Source: Octopus sinensis
Taxonomy: Eukaryota
NCBI RefSeq assembly: GCF_006345805.1
Contig: NC_043003.1
Location: 100,192,001-100,256,000 of the forward strand
Direction: 5' to 3'
Length of the DNA stretch: 64,000 nt
Both the position numbers and the translations under genes were made by a program. A model generated the notes under the pieces. That model was not told where the DNA came from. It saw only the letters and a list, made by a program, of their open reading frames with translations, and ran no database searches. Numbering within the stretch: the stretch's first letter is position 1; each line of letters opens with the position of its first letter. Shown here piece by piece: positions 1 to 15,194 of the stretch.

Positions 1-100
1 AGACATTTCTACATTACTGCATGTACTTTATATGCACTTTCTGACAAGTTGTGGTGCACCTGAGTACTGTATACAATAATTTCATTATTATTATTATTAA
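1..100 (+). mobile_element. Probable 3' end of a non-LTR element with (ATT)n tail
   Basis: Unique-looking sequence ending in tcattattattattatta; family not assignable by eye. Confidence 0.35.
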
Positions 101-1321
101 TAATGTGTCAAATGTGTCAATTAGTGGTGTCACTGATAATTTTTTTATTTACCTCAATGATGCCAGTGACATATATTAAAAGTCCCCTTATAGAACTATA
201 TTTATAAAAAAAGTATAGAACTATATTATCACCCTCAAATTTGAGAAACAAACTCATAACATTTTCTTTTAAAACTTCATTGCATGAGATTGATACCATG
301 AAATTCCTTGAATTGAGCTCTAACATTTAAGCTTAATTAAAATATAGCTTGTTTTTAAAATAAAAATGTTAATTATACTTAGATCCAATTTTTTGCCGTA
401 TATTATTTTCATGTTAAATTACTTCACAACTATTTGGATACAAATTTTTGTTGCATGGGGCCAAAACTATAAAATTCTTCACACTTTCTTCTATCATTAA
501 AGCTAAGATAAATATATTTTGCTTTTAAAATAAAAATGTTATTTAGATCTAAACTTGATCGGTGACATTACTTACTCTCCTATAACATCGCTACCAATTT
601 TTTCTACTGGATCATATCTCAATTTTATTATACTAAAATGTAGCCAGGGACCAGTCCTCTTCAAAAATATCAACAGTTTTCCATTTGGTTAAGAACTGAA
701 TTAGTAACAAGCTCTGAAAGATGCTGCATGTGAGTAAATTGCAGCCTTAAGAATATTATTCAACTACTACCGTAGTTGATTGATACACATGCACACTTAC
801 AATACGCTTCTTTCAGTTTCCATCTACCAAATACATTCACAAAACTTTGGTCAGCCCAGTGCTCCACAGTGGGACTGAACCCAAGACCACATGGTTGGGA
901 AGCAAGCTGTGTCTGTCCAAAATAAGTAGCAAAATAAAGTAACTATAACTGACTAATGAAAGGGAGTTGTGTATTAGGCCCATGGAGAGTTTACTTTTAC
1001 ATTATGAAGCTTGCAATTGGTTAATTAAAACAATCTTTTCATGTTTCCACTATGTTTATAGGCTCACAACCCCAAAATTTAAGTATCGGTAATATACTGG
1101 GACTCAAATCGATTATATCTATTCCCATCAACATTATGCTTCAATACTACTACTCTAAGAAAATTATCATTACTAAAACTTTCAAGTCAATATAAAGACT
1201 GAGTTTTATGATTTATTTGCAAATAAGAAGCATCAGTTGTCTCAACTAATGAAGTCAGTACAGTACAGTAGCTAAATTATAATGCCCCAGACCAGTAAAT
1301 ACACAAGGCAGTAAGACCTAC

Positions 1322-1511
1322 CACAATGAGATTATTCTTGGTGTTGTAGATCTCAGCTAGAGCAGCAAGGTTGAAGACCAGTACAGTTTCTGCCTGTTTG
1401 ACATTATATTCTTTCTTTGCAAAAGCATTATCTACAATGATGAACTGCTCCTCCTCCCCACATTCTCTCAGTAATCTGTTGTAAGCAACTTCAATGTCTC
1501 CAACCACATTC
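1322..1511 (-). CDS. SMG1: SMG1 exon (190 nt; gene continues beyond window start)
   Basis: ttttctag|G AAT..GTG|gtaggt. Encodes NVVGDIEVAYNRLL...AETVLVFNLAALAEIYNTKNNLIV, similar to human [24 protein letters not shown]. Confidence 0.93.
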
Positions 1512-3124
1512 CTAGAAAATAAATGAATTAAAACATTAACAGACATTCCAAAATGAGAATTTAAAACCCAGCACTTAAAGATGCTTTAAAATACCTCAAA
1601 GGTGAGATGTGTGTCTGTGTCCGCATGTGCAAGTGTGTGTATACATACACACAAATATCCATACATGTATTTGTGTGTCCGTGTGGGGAGAGGTTGAAAT
1701 TTAGTTTCCAATAAGGCAGAATTACAGTTAACTATAATTCTATAGAATTTAATTTCCAACAAGAATTTATAAAATTTTAAATAAACTCTCAATAGCAAGA
1801 ATTGTGAAATTTCCTAATCTATATATTTATCTTTCATATCTGGCTGTATTTTTTTTATACCTAAGTAATCACAATTGACCTTGTTACTGGAATACTGACA
1901 ACCAAGTCACAACATTTTTTTCACCATTTTTATGAGTTACCTCAACCTTTCCATTATCACATTAATGCTGAAATGCACTGTCTTGTTTCAATTAATTTTG
2001 AACTGGTGTTTGAAACAAATCAACATGAAATTTTGATAGAAGATTTTCATTTAGATCATTTTAACCATTTTGTTACCATATTTCTGTTGAAATATCCCTT
2101 CATTTGTTTTAATAAATTTTGAATATAATGAAGAATTAGTCAAATTACTTTGTCTTAAGTAGGATAGTGTTTGGAGCATAATTCAACATGCAATTTTGAT
2201 GAAAGGTTTTAAATTAGATCATTTTTAAAACAGGGAAATTTGTATCAAGTGAGTTGGTATCATTAATCTCTGAGTGTTACAGCTGTATCCTCATCATTGA
2301 TATGCTTCAGTGATAACCACATAAATTTAAATAATATGGATGACTGAAGAAAATTTTGTTACGATAAGAAACCACAGGTGAAAATCACAGATATAAACAA
2401 GAAAAAAAAAAATCAATGGTTGAATAAAATTTTAATAAAAATTTGTTCTTTAAACCTCTCCTTGCTTTTGCAGTTAGTAGGTAGACTTCAGATTTAGTAA
2501 GCACTAAAACATTGCTTTACAAAAAGCAAACAAAAACTATTTGCTTTTGCCATTTTACCACAGAAGTTGTGTGGTATAGCAAAGAATTTCTTGAACATTA
2601 ATTTCTAGAGTTAATTACACATTTCTAATGACAGTTAATCAGTCAAAATGAAAGCGGTCTTGATTTTCCAGAATGTTAGCAAAAGCCACTTTTATACATG
2701 TAATGATTTAAATAAGGAGTTGTAGCCAACCTAGTAATTGTAGTATCCTCTTGAATAAAGGAGTCAGTTTTGGTCCCAGACCAGTACCACATAATCTCTC
2801 GGGGAAAGATGTTTAATATTGAGTCAATCCAGCTGTAAACACTATGAGGAGGCTACAACCCACTACTGTAATCATCAAATGCAGAGCACATTAAATGAAA
2901 ATCTCATAATCTACAGCACAGTTTAGTTAAAACTTTCCCACAGGCAAAACCTTCAGGAGACTGGTGATCCTATGCAGAATGTAAGCAGTCACTTCATGTA
3001 AATATGATAGACTGCAGCACATTGAAATATCTTTCATTAATACTGATGGATATAAAATATAGTAGAGGTAATTTGTCCAATACAATCACACAAAAACAAA
3101 TCTGCTGAATTCAATAAGACATAC

Positions 3125-3201
3125 CTGTATGCTTCTTCTAGTAATGGCACATTCTTTAAACTCATAACTCCATGGTAGACTGTCATTAGTTGGATACATA
3201 T
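3125..3201 (-). CDS. SMG1: SMG1 exon (77 nt)
   Basis: gtccag|ATA..AG|gtatgt. Encodes ICIQLMTVYHGVMSLKNVPLLEEAY(R), similar to human [20 protein letters not shown]. Confidence 0.94.
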
Positions 3202-3375
3202 CTGGACGACAGATGAAGGTAAATGGTTAGAGAAACTATACATCATCATTCATTAATTTGTCAGTACTATTCAAATAGTGTCAGCTGCAATAGATTCACG
3301 CCTGCTATCACTACACTTGCTTATAAGGTCCGATCTCAAATAATATCAAGATAGCTTTAATTGTATGGTGTAACT

Positions 3376-3888
3376 CAGCGTTTCCCAACCTATTTTTCCC
3401 CAGGCCCCACTATAACTTTCCAGAGAAATGTATGCCCTACTGGTTGGTAAAAATCAATTTTATTTCTAATATTTTATTACAATAATTTAATGCAAAAGAA
3501 TTTATCAGTAACTCTTTTATTAAGTACTGAGTCCAAAAATAGTACATTACTGACTCAGAAAAAAAAGTGAATCACTTTAATGAAAACCTTGGGCCTGGTG
3601 ACTATGGGATTTCCTTGATTCAAGGAGACAATTTTGTAATTTTGAACCCGATTCTCTTGGTTTGAAGCAAATCATCAACAGAACTAAAGCCACACTCAAC
3701 CAAATAAGATGTGGGGAAATGAATCAAAAGTCCCATTGCTGAAATGGCAGTGTTAGGGTATTTTCTTTCAAATTCATCACGTAGCTACATCTTGGTACCT
3801 TGAACAAAATATTCACTGATTCTTTTGTATTAAATAATGAATCCCAGGCCCCACTGGTGGGGCATGTACCCCATGTTGGGAATCACTG
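3376..3888 (-). mobile_element. hAT (Charlie-like) non-autonomous DNA transposon / MITE, 513 bp
   Basis: TIRs CAGCGTTTCCCAACC and reverse complement CAGTGATTCCCAACA. Perfect 8-bp TSD GTGTAACT at 3368-3375 and 3889-3896. Internal minus-strand remnant FPTSYLVECGFSSVDDLLQTK resembles the hAT C-terminal dimerisation motif. Confidence 0.9.
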
Positions 3889-3959
3889 GTGTAACTGTAT
3901 GATATTTTATGTATATTTAGTATTAGTTGTGCTACATGTATGATTTGCATTTTTTTCTG

Positions 3960-4335
3960 GCACTTCATTGGTTATGAGGACAAGGGTTCCAGTTGATCCG
4001 ATCAATGGAACAGCCTGCTTGTGAAATTAACGTGCAAGTGGCTGAGCACTCCACAGACACGTGTACCCTTAACGTAGTTCTCGGGGAGATTCAGCATGAC
4101 ACAGAGTGTGTGACAAGGCTGGCCCTTTGAAATACAGGTACAGCAGAAACAGAAAAGAGGAGTGAAAGAAAGTTGTGGTGAAAGAGTACAGCAGGGTTCG
4201 CCACCACCCCCTACCGGAGCCTCATGGAGCTTTAGGTTTTTTTTCACTTAATAAACACTCGCATTGCCCGGTCTGGGAATTGAAACTGCGATCCTACGAC
4301 TGTGAGCCCACTGCCATAACAACTGGGCCATTGCA
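3960..4335 (-). mobile_element. tRNA-derived SINE
   Basis: Minus-strand head with A-box-like TGGCCCAGTTGTT and B-box-like GTTTCAATTCC, followed by a roughly 300-nt body that is GC-richer than the flanks. Confidence 0.6.
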
Positions 4336-4804
4336 CCTCCACATGATTTGCATAGCAGATAGCAAATATGCAGGCAGTAGGCCTAATATTTCTTTTTTCA
4401 CAAGTGTCGATACTAAAAGAGAGGCTAAAAGACTTTACCTAGGCCTGAGTAGTTGCTAACACCCACCATATATTAGTGGACAGTCTGACACTCAGACAGC
4501 AATAGACTCTGAATGGCTAACCTTCCAGTTTCACTTCGAATTGTTGCATCTGCTCTTCCCAGGACTCAGTCTTACTCTCATATATATACCATGTACCAAT
4601 GTTACATAGAAACCTTCATTGTAGAGATGAACCACTTAAAGAATTTCCTTCCATGTTCTCCTTTGAAAAATTGTTAACCTCCAAGATGCAATTACCAAAA
4701 CATTATCTTCCATCTTTATAATCATCTCACAAAACAAATCATGTATTCTAATAGTCGACAATTTTCATGCAAATACAGAGAAAAGAATGAAATAGGAGAC
4801 CAAC

Positions 4805-4906
4805 CTCTTCATGGTGGGAAAAGCGTAATGTCTGTAACAAGGAATTTGGTCCAAGGAGGGTGCTGATGAAATGCACTGGGAGGTTGAAGTTCACAAACTC
4901 AACCAC
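4805..4906 (-). CDS. SMG1: SMG1 exon (102 nt)
   Basis: gtttag|GTG..GAG|gttggt. Encodes VVEFVNFNLPVHFISTLLGPNSLLQTLRFSHHEE, similar to human [34 protein letters not shown]. Confidence 0.92.
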
Positions 4907-5242
4907 CTAAACACAAAATAAAAATACAAAGCAAACAAAATTTAAGAGAAAAAAATAAAATAATTCAAGTTAATACTGCTGTCTAATAACCATCACAACT
5001 TTAATGTCAACCTTTCCAGGCGTGAATGGTCAAATGGAATTTGCAGATTTTCTACATCCAGATCTCTTCCTTCTACAAACACTAACCTGTATCTAAGCAA
5101 AGTGATATTTCCCACAACCAACTATGTTTTCATAAGACTGGAAACAAAACACAATCATTTGTATGGGGATAATGCTTTTTTACAATCACCACATGATGTC
5201 AAGACAAGGTACACACAAACACACACACGTAATTGTATATAT

Positions 5243-7430
5243 CATCATCATCATCATTGCTTAACATCTGTTTTCCTGGCTGACATGAGTTGGATGGTTT
5301 GACTGAGGTCTGGAGAGCCAGCGGCTGCACCAGGTTCCAATCTGATCGGGCAATGTTTCTACAGCTGAATGCCCTTCCTAACGCCAATCATTCCAAGAGT
5401 GTAGTGGGTGCTTTTTATGCAGCACTGGCACAGGAGCCAGTCAGGTGGGCTTGGCATTGATCATGTTTGGATGGTGCTTTTTATGTGCCATCGGCACAAG
5501 AGCCAGTCAGGGGGCACTAGCTACAGCTACGATATTGGTTTTACTTGACCCAACAGGACTTCTCAAGCATATCATACTGCCTGATGCATCAGGGGTATTC
5601 TTAAGAGGGCCAGACATGGGTGGCTGCAATCTCACTTTAGTTGCTGGGTCTTCTCAATTACAGCATATCTCCAAATGTTCCGGTCACATGTCAGTGTCTC
5701 TGTGAGGCCCAATGTTCGATGGTCATGCTTCCCCACCTCATCCCATCCCATGTCTTCTTAGGTCTACCTCTTCCACAGGTTTCTTCTACAGTTAGGGAGT
5801 GGCACTTCCTCACACAGCTGTCTTCATTCATACAAAACACATGACCATACCAGTGCAGACGCCTCTCTTGCACACCATATTTGATGCTTTTTATGCCTAA
5901 CTTTCTTGCAGGGCACTTACACTCTGTCGTGTACACACAGACATTACACATCCAGTAGATCATACTAGCTTCATTTCTTTCAAGCCTATGCATGTCCTCA
6001 ACATTCATGGCCCATGTTTCACTGCTGAGTAGCATGGCAGTTTGCACACATGCATCATAGTCTACCTTCCACCCTGAGCAAGAGGCTCTTAGTTGCCAAC
6101 AGAGATAGGAGCTTCATGAACTTTGCCCAGACTATTCTTACTCTAGTCGCTACACTCTCAGAGCAGCTACCCCACCACTACAGACTTGGTCGCCTCGGTA
6201 GCTGAAACTATTAACTACCTCTAGTTTCTCCCTCTGGCATGTGATGGAATGCTTTCTATTTTATTGCCCCTGTACATCTACCACATAGAAAAACTATTTT
6301 CCCAGTTAACCCTCCTTTGATATGGCTGCACCTTTTGTGTGTCCACAGCTTACACCGGGTACATCGTATGGAGTCTCTACCCATGCCTTTTCTACAGATT
6401 GAGCTGGGCCATCTACCTGAAGGGGGTTGTGATTTGACAGCCATCCTACTTACTAAGACTTTGGTTTTTGCTAGGTTAACCCTAAGGCCCTTCAATTTTA
6501 AACCTTGCTTCCACACACTAAACTTCGTCAAGTTCTGGCAGTGACTCAGCTATTAGAGCAAAGTCATCAGCATAGAGGAGTTCCCAGGGGCAGCCTGTCT
6601 TGAATTCCTCTGTTATTGCCTGGAAGACCATAATGAATAAGAGGGGGCTGAGGACTGACCCTTGGTGAACCCCTACTTTTTGGAATTCTTCACTTTACTC
6701 ATTGCCAACCCTCACTTTACTGACAGCATCCCTGTACAGAGCTTGCACAGCTCTTACCAGCCTCTTGTCTATCCCCAGTTTCCACATTGACAACCAGAAA
6801 AGGAATCGGGGGGGATCCTGTCAAAAGCTGGTCCCTCAATTGGGTCAACCTTTGGTAGACTCTCCTCCTCCCATTCATTCTCTACATTCAGCAGTCTCTC
6901 ATAAAGGCTTCTCCAAGCCTCATTCATTGCAGAATCATTAAACGCAAGGGCACCATCATCCATGCGGACACATTGCTCTCCTATGACATCATGGTTTTTC
7001 TCTCACACACTGTCTTACAATCCGAAATACTTCAGTTCTTCGGTCTTCAAGTCACTGAACATTGGCAAACTTCTTTTCTGCTACTCCCTTGACTATAAAT
7101 ACCTGTCTCTTAGCTTCCCTTTTGGCTATCTGATACATTCTCCTGCTACCCCCACTCTTCCAGGCATTCCAAGCCTGTTTCTTTGCTCTGATGGCCCTGT
7201 CTATGGTATTGTTCGACTACCATGTTACCTTGGGTCTACAATCTCATTAGACCTACCTTTCAATGTGCCTACATTTAGAGTGCCAACTCTGAAAACTGAG
7301 AAAGAGATAGGGAAGGTAACACAGGAAGGAGAGATGTTATTCAGTACCTGAAAAGAAGGTTCCCATAAACGTTTGGCAACAGGCATCATAATAGTTATTC
7401 TTGCCTTTAACCTACCATCATTCAAGCATG
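5243..7430 (-). mobile_element. RTE-clade LINE, internally deleted and decayed
   Basis: Minus strand: APE start RVGTLNVGTLKGRS (~7250), WRSLYERLLNVENEW, TGCPWELLYADD (~6570-6600), C-terminal LLSSETWAM..RLHWYGHV, 3'UTR and (GAT)n tail. Confidence 0.9.
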
Positions 7431-7975
7431 TTGGAGTTGTTAAGGTTGTTACCTCTACTGGGTGGGAGTGAGGAAGCTTTGTATATGAAAGTGTTTGGAG
7501 TGTTGTAAATATAAGTGTTATGATCCTAGTGGGTGAAGTATTACTGATGCTGCAGATATGTGTAAATAAATAAATAAATAAAAAGTGGGCTACTATCTGG
7601 TTTAGTTAGTCTAGAGATGGGGAGTGGAGAGAAAGGAGAGAGGGGAAGGACAACTGGATGTCCAGTAAGAGAGAAGGAAAGATTTCCAGTATTGGCAGCA
7701 AGAGTGGGCACAACTACCAATACTAAAGGTCATTTTAAGGGCCAGAGCAAACAAGGAGTTATTTTAGAGAAAAGTACAAAATAAGTATAACAAGGCTAGT
7801 CATTCTAGGGTTAGAACAAACAAGAAAGAATTATTTTAGAGAATAGATGAGTTTGAATGAATGAGGCAATTAAAAACAAGAGAGATTCTTAGCTTATCTG
7901 TGCATATTTTCAAGTGTCATCAGCTGCTGAACACATGGAATAAACTAACAAAAGTCAGAGAGGTGAGGCAGGGAT

Positions 7976-7987
7976 ATGGATATATAT

Positions 7988-8043
<56 letters not shown>

Positions 8044-8313
8044 TATATATGGATATATATATATATATATATATGGATATATATATATATATGGTATATA
8101 TATATATATATGGATATATATATATATGGATATATATATATATATATATATGGAGATATATATATATATATATGGAGATATATATATATATATATATGGA
8201 GATATATATATATATGGAGATATATATATATATATATATATATATGGAGATATATATATATATTATATATATATATATATGATATATGATATATATATAT
8301 ATATATATATATG

Positions 8314-8350
<37 letters not shown>

Positions 8351-8519
8351 AGATATATATATATATTATGAGATATATATATATATATATGGATATATAT
8401 ATATATATAATGGAGATATATATATATATATATATATATGGAGATATATATATATATATATATATATGGAGATATATATATATATATATATATATGGAGA
8501 TATATATATATATATATAT

Positions 8520-8553
<34 letters not shown>

Positions 8554-8575
8554 AGATACTATATATATATATATG

Positions 8576-8610
<35 letters not shown>

Positions 8611-8740
8611 GAATATATATATGGAGATATATATATATATATATATTATATATATGGAGATATATATATATATATAATATGGAGATATATACTATATATA
8701 TATATATATATATATATGGAGATATATATATATATAGGAG

Positions 8741-8781
<41 letters not shown>

Positions 8782-8850
8782 AGATATATATATATATATA
8801 TATAGATATGGAGATATATATATATATGGATATATATATATATATATTGT
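7976..8850. repeat. Interrupted (TA)n array, mainly TATGGAGATA interruptions
   Basis: Read directly; source of the spurious poly-IY ORFs. Confidence 0.95.
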
Positions 8851-10405
8851 ATATATTTCGGAATGGTCATATTGCCAGTTTAGCCATAAAAACACACGCA
8901 CTATATATTTGGTGTTATTTTGCTTCAGTGATATTATTTTTTACATTAATCTTAATCTTATTTCGGCCAAAGTTCTTTCGTCACACTCCTGTGACCGCAT
9001 CAGTGGTCCTTTGTTTTCTTCTCACTTACTTGTGTCTCTCCTTACTAACCGTCAGCCATTTTGTATTTCTATTGTATGTCTTCATTTGCGCATGCTTATA
9101 TCTCTATGTGCGTCTATGTTTATTTAGTGTGGGGGGGGGGATGCCTGTAATATTTGTATCTTCTGGTTATATACATTCTTGTAATTTGTATTTTGTTTTT
9201 GTTGTTGTTGCTTTTGTTCTAATTTTGTTCATGTGTTTACATCCACCCATTATTATCATTACATATGCTTGTATGTATGTATAACAACAATATTAGTAAT
9301 AATAATAATAAATCTAATCGAAAAAAAAAATATACATATACATATATATATATATACATACATATACATATATACACACATACATACACATATAGATATT
9401 CATTTCTATTTCTTTAATTACCTGTGTATTTATTATGTTTGCAGGATCCACTATTGTCATATGTTGTGGTGTGCGCTATTGCTCCATTCTAGTTTTCTAT
9501 TCAGGCTAGGTTTATTTTCTATTATATGTGTAGCTTCTGTAATTTGTCTAATTGTTGCATCTGTTCTATGTGTGGACAATATCTTAATCTCTATGTTATT
9601 GATTGATCCCCCGTGTTCTTGTTCGGCGTGTTGGTACAGAATCGATGAGCTTTTGTCCATACATAGAACAGATGCAACAATTAGACAAATTACAGAAGCT
9701 ACACATATAATAGAAAATAAACCTAGCCTGAATAGAAAACTAGAATGGAGCAATAGCGCACACCACAACATATGACAATAGTGGATCCTGCAAACATAAT
9801 AAATACACAGATAATTAAAGAAATAGAAATGAATATCTATATGTGTATGTATGTGTGTATATATGTATGTATATGTATATGTATGTATGTATATATATAT
9901 ATGTATATGTATATATATTTTTTTTTTCGATTAGATTTATTATTATTATTACTAATATTGTTGTTATACATACATACAAGCATATGTAATGATAATAATG
10001 GGTGGATGTAAACACATGAACAAAATTAGAACAAAAGCAACAACAACAAAAACAAAATACAAATTACAAGAATGTATATAACCAGAAGATACAAATATTA
10101 CAGGCATCCCCCCCACACACTAAATAAACATAGACGCACATAGAGATATAAGCATGCGCAAATGAAGACATACAATAGAAATACAAAATGGCTGACGGTT
10201 AGTAAGGAGAGACACAAGTAAGTGAGAAGAAAACAAAGGACCACTGATGCGGTCACAGGAGTGTGACGAAAGAACTTTGGCCGAAATAAGATTAAGATTA
10301 ATGTAAAAAATAAATATCACTGAAGCAAAATAACACCAAATATATAGTGCGTGTGTTTTTATTGGCTAAACTGGCAATATGACCATTCCGAAATATAACA
10401 ATATC
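8846..10405. mobile_element. Penelope-like element 3' end in inverted (palindromic) duplication
   Basis: Arms 8846-9579 and 9653-10405 are reverse complements with a 73-nt spacer. Minus strand reads SSILYQHAEQEHGG..KILSTHRTDATIRQITEATHII..PSLNRKLEW, resembling a PLE GIY-YIG C-terminus. Confidence 0.85.
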
Positions 10406-10479
10406 TGTTTCAACACACGACTTCACATAAAAAATCACACACATATTTAAACAATATAAATAATATATTTATATATGTA

Positions 10480-13054
<2,575 letters not shown>

Positions 13055-13549
13055 CACCTACATGATGGGCTTCTTCCAGTTTCTGTATGTCTACCAAATC
13101 TACTCACAAGGCTTTGGCTATCCTGGAGCTTTAGTAAACACTCTGCCCAGGGTGCAGTGGTAGCAGGACTGAACCTTAGACCACGCGGTTAGGAACCAAG
13201 CTTCTTAACCACACAGCCATGCCTCTACTTGTTTAACAATATTGAGTTTAAAAGAACTATTTCAGCTGCAGCAAGCTGGAGAGCAAAGTAATAACCTAAC
13301 ATCAGTAACTAGAAAGTGTCGACAGAAATTTTTTTTCTATCCAACTTAGGCATTATCAATTTCATTTTGTTTGTTTATAATCATCATCATTTTAATGTCC
13401 AATTTTGCATGGGTCAGACGGCATCTGTCGAGGCAGATTTTCTATGGTTGAATACCCTTCATGTGGCCAACCCTCACTTATTTCCAAACGAATATCATGT
13501 GATGTCAAAGCAAAGAGACAGTAATACACACAAACATATATATCATCAA

Positions 13550-15105
13550 TATCTATAAAGCTGAAATGTGAAAAAGTTGTTTGATTTCTTGGTTATTTGT
13601 CTCATTTTGGGATGGGAACAGTTTAAGAGGTAGTAGATGGGGTTGGATTGGCACCAAAATTTAAACTGGGAGGAGTAAAATAGGGTGGGCAATGGTGTGA
13701 GGGGGGTTGAAAGTCGCTTGGGGCTACCGTTTGGTTGCCATGGTGAGGAATATGGGAAAAATTGAGTTTTATGGGATAGACAGGTTGCGCTGTTTGAATA
13801 ATGGTGGCTTTTCGTGTTGCTGCAGGGGCTAGAGGCAGTTATTCTTTAATTGTGGGTGTAAAAATTTGGGAGATTTGGAAAGGGGGTTAAATTTTTCAAC
13901 TTTTAAAAAGAGTACATTTTTGCCCTATTTTTAGATTTGCACAAAACACCACCACCACCACCACCAAAACCCGAGTGAAGCACGGGTCAAAATAGCTAGT
14001 CTACTATATATTTGTGAAAAGGGCGGACGTTGTCTCACAAGCAGTTGTGCAAGCAAAAGTGTTAATAAATGTGGTCGGATTGACCTGAAAATTTGCACAC
14101 CTCTCTCTCTGTATGTCTGTCTGTGTCTAGAGAGAGAAAGTGATGACTGCCATTAGTTTTCCTCTATGTGGCAATTAATGTCCTAGAAATAACAGCCAAA
14201 TCAAGTGTATTAAAATATACATATGTACATACATACATAAAAACATATATACATACATAAAAAGAACAAAACTGGTGACCAACTGTGTTTAATGGAGAGG
14301 AATAAAAAAGTAAATAACTATATTATGTTGAAAATACATTTCACTCTTTTGAAGTTTAAATATTCTCGCCACAGGACTTTTAGAATGGTGAATTATTATC
14401 GCCTACCACCACTGCAACATCATGATAACAGATGTTATTAATCAGATATTTATTGTGTTAATCTACTTTATATTTGTGAAAAGGGTGGACATTGTCTCAC
14501 AAGCAGTTGTGCTGCGGAGTTTGCATGGCAACTTTGAGTTCATTCAACTGAAAGGCATGGCCTCGAGGGCAAAATTCCTCATCTTTAAAATGTGGCCCGA
14601 TTAGACCTGAATGAAATCCGGTTGTAATCTACTATATATTTGTGAAAAGTGCGGACATTGTTTCACAAGCAGTTGTGCAGGCAAAAGCATTAGTAAATGT
14701 GGTGGTATTGACTTGAAAATTTGCATGTTTATGTTAAAAGTGCTGGGGAGTTTGCTCAATTGAAAGGCGTGGCCTCTAGAGTAAAATTCAAAATGTGGCT
14801 CGAGTAGACTTGTATGAAATCTGGTTATAATACTGAAACAAGTAAAACAATAAAAAACTATGCCATTTTAATTCTGAGCAAGGCCAGGTTTCTCTGCTAG
14901 TCTACTATATAATTGTGAAAAGGGCAGATGTTGTCTCACAAGCAGTTGTGCAGGCAAAAGTGTTAGTAAATGTGGTTGGACTGACCTGAAAATTTGCACA
15001 CCTATGTTAAAAGTGCTGGGGAGTTTGCATGGCAACTCTGAGCAAAATTCCTCATCTTTAAAATGTGGCTCGAGTAGACCCGAACGAAATCAGGTTATAA
15101 TACTA
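13550..15105 (+). mobile_element. Head-to-tail array of non-autonomous Helitron-like elements
   Basis: 5' TCTAC(T)ATATA heads at 14000, 14462, 14628 and 14901. 3' ends with a subterminal GC-rich imperfect palindrome plus CTAG at 13996-13999 and 14897-14900. Confidence 0.7.
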
Positions 15106-15127
15106 GTATGTATGTATGTATGTATAT

Positions 15128-15192
<65 letters not shown>

Positions 15193-15194
<2 letters not shown>

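Noticed and set aside
570-720. Possible next SMG1 exon (gtaagt donor near 570)
   Set aside because: Stop in the required phase-0 frame and no match to the expected MWALSP-like segment.
9233-9775. 180-aa ORF reading similarly on both strands
   Set aside because: A consequence of the palindrome; only the PLE C-terminal remnant is meaningful.
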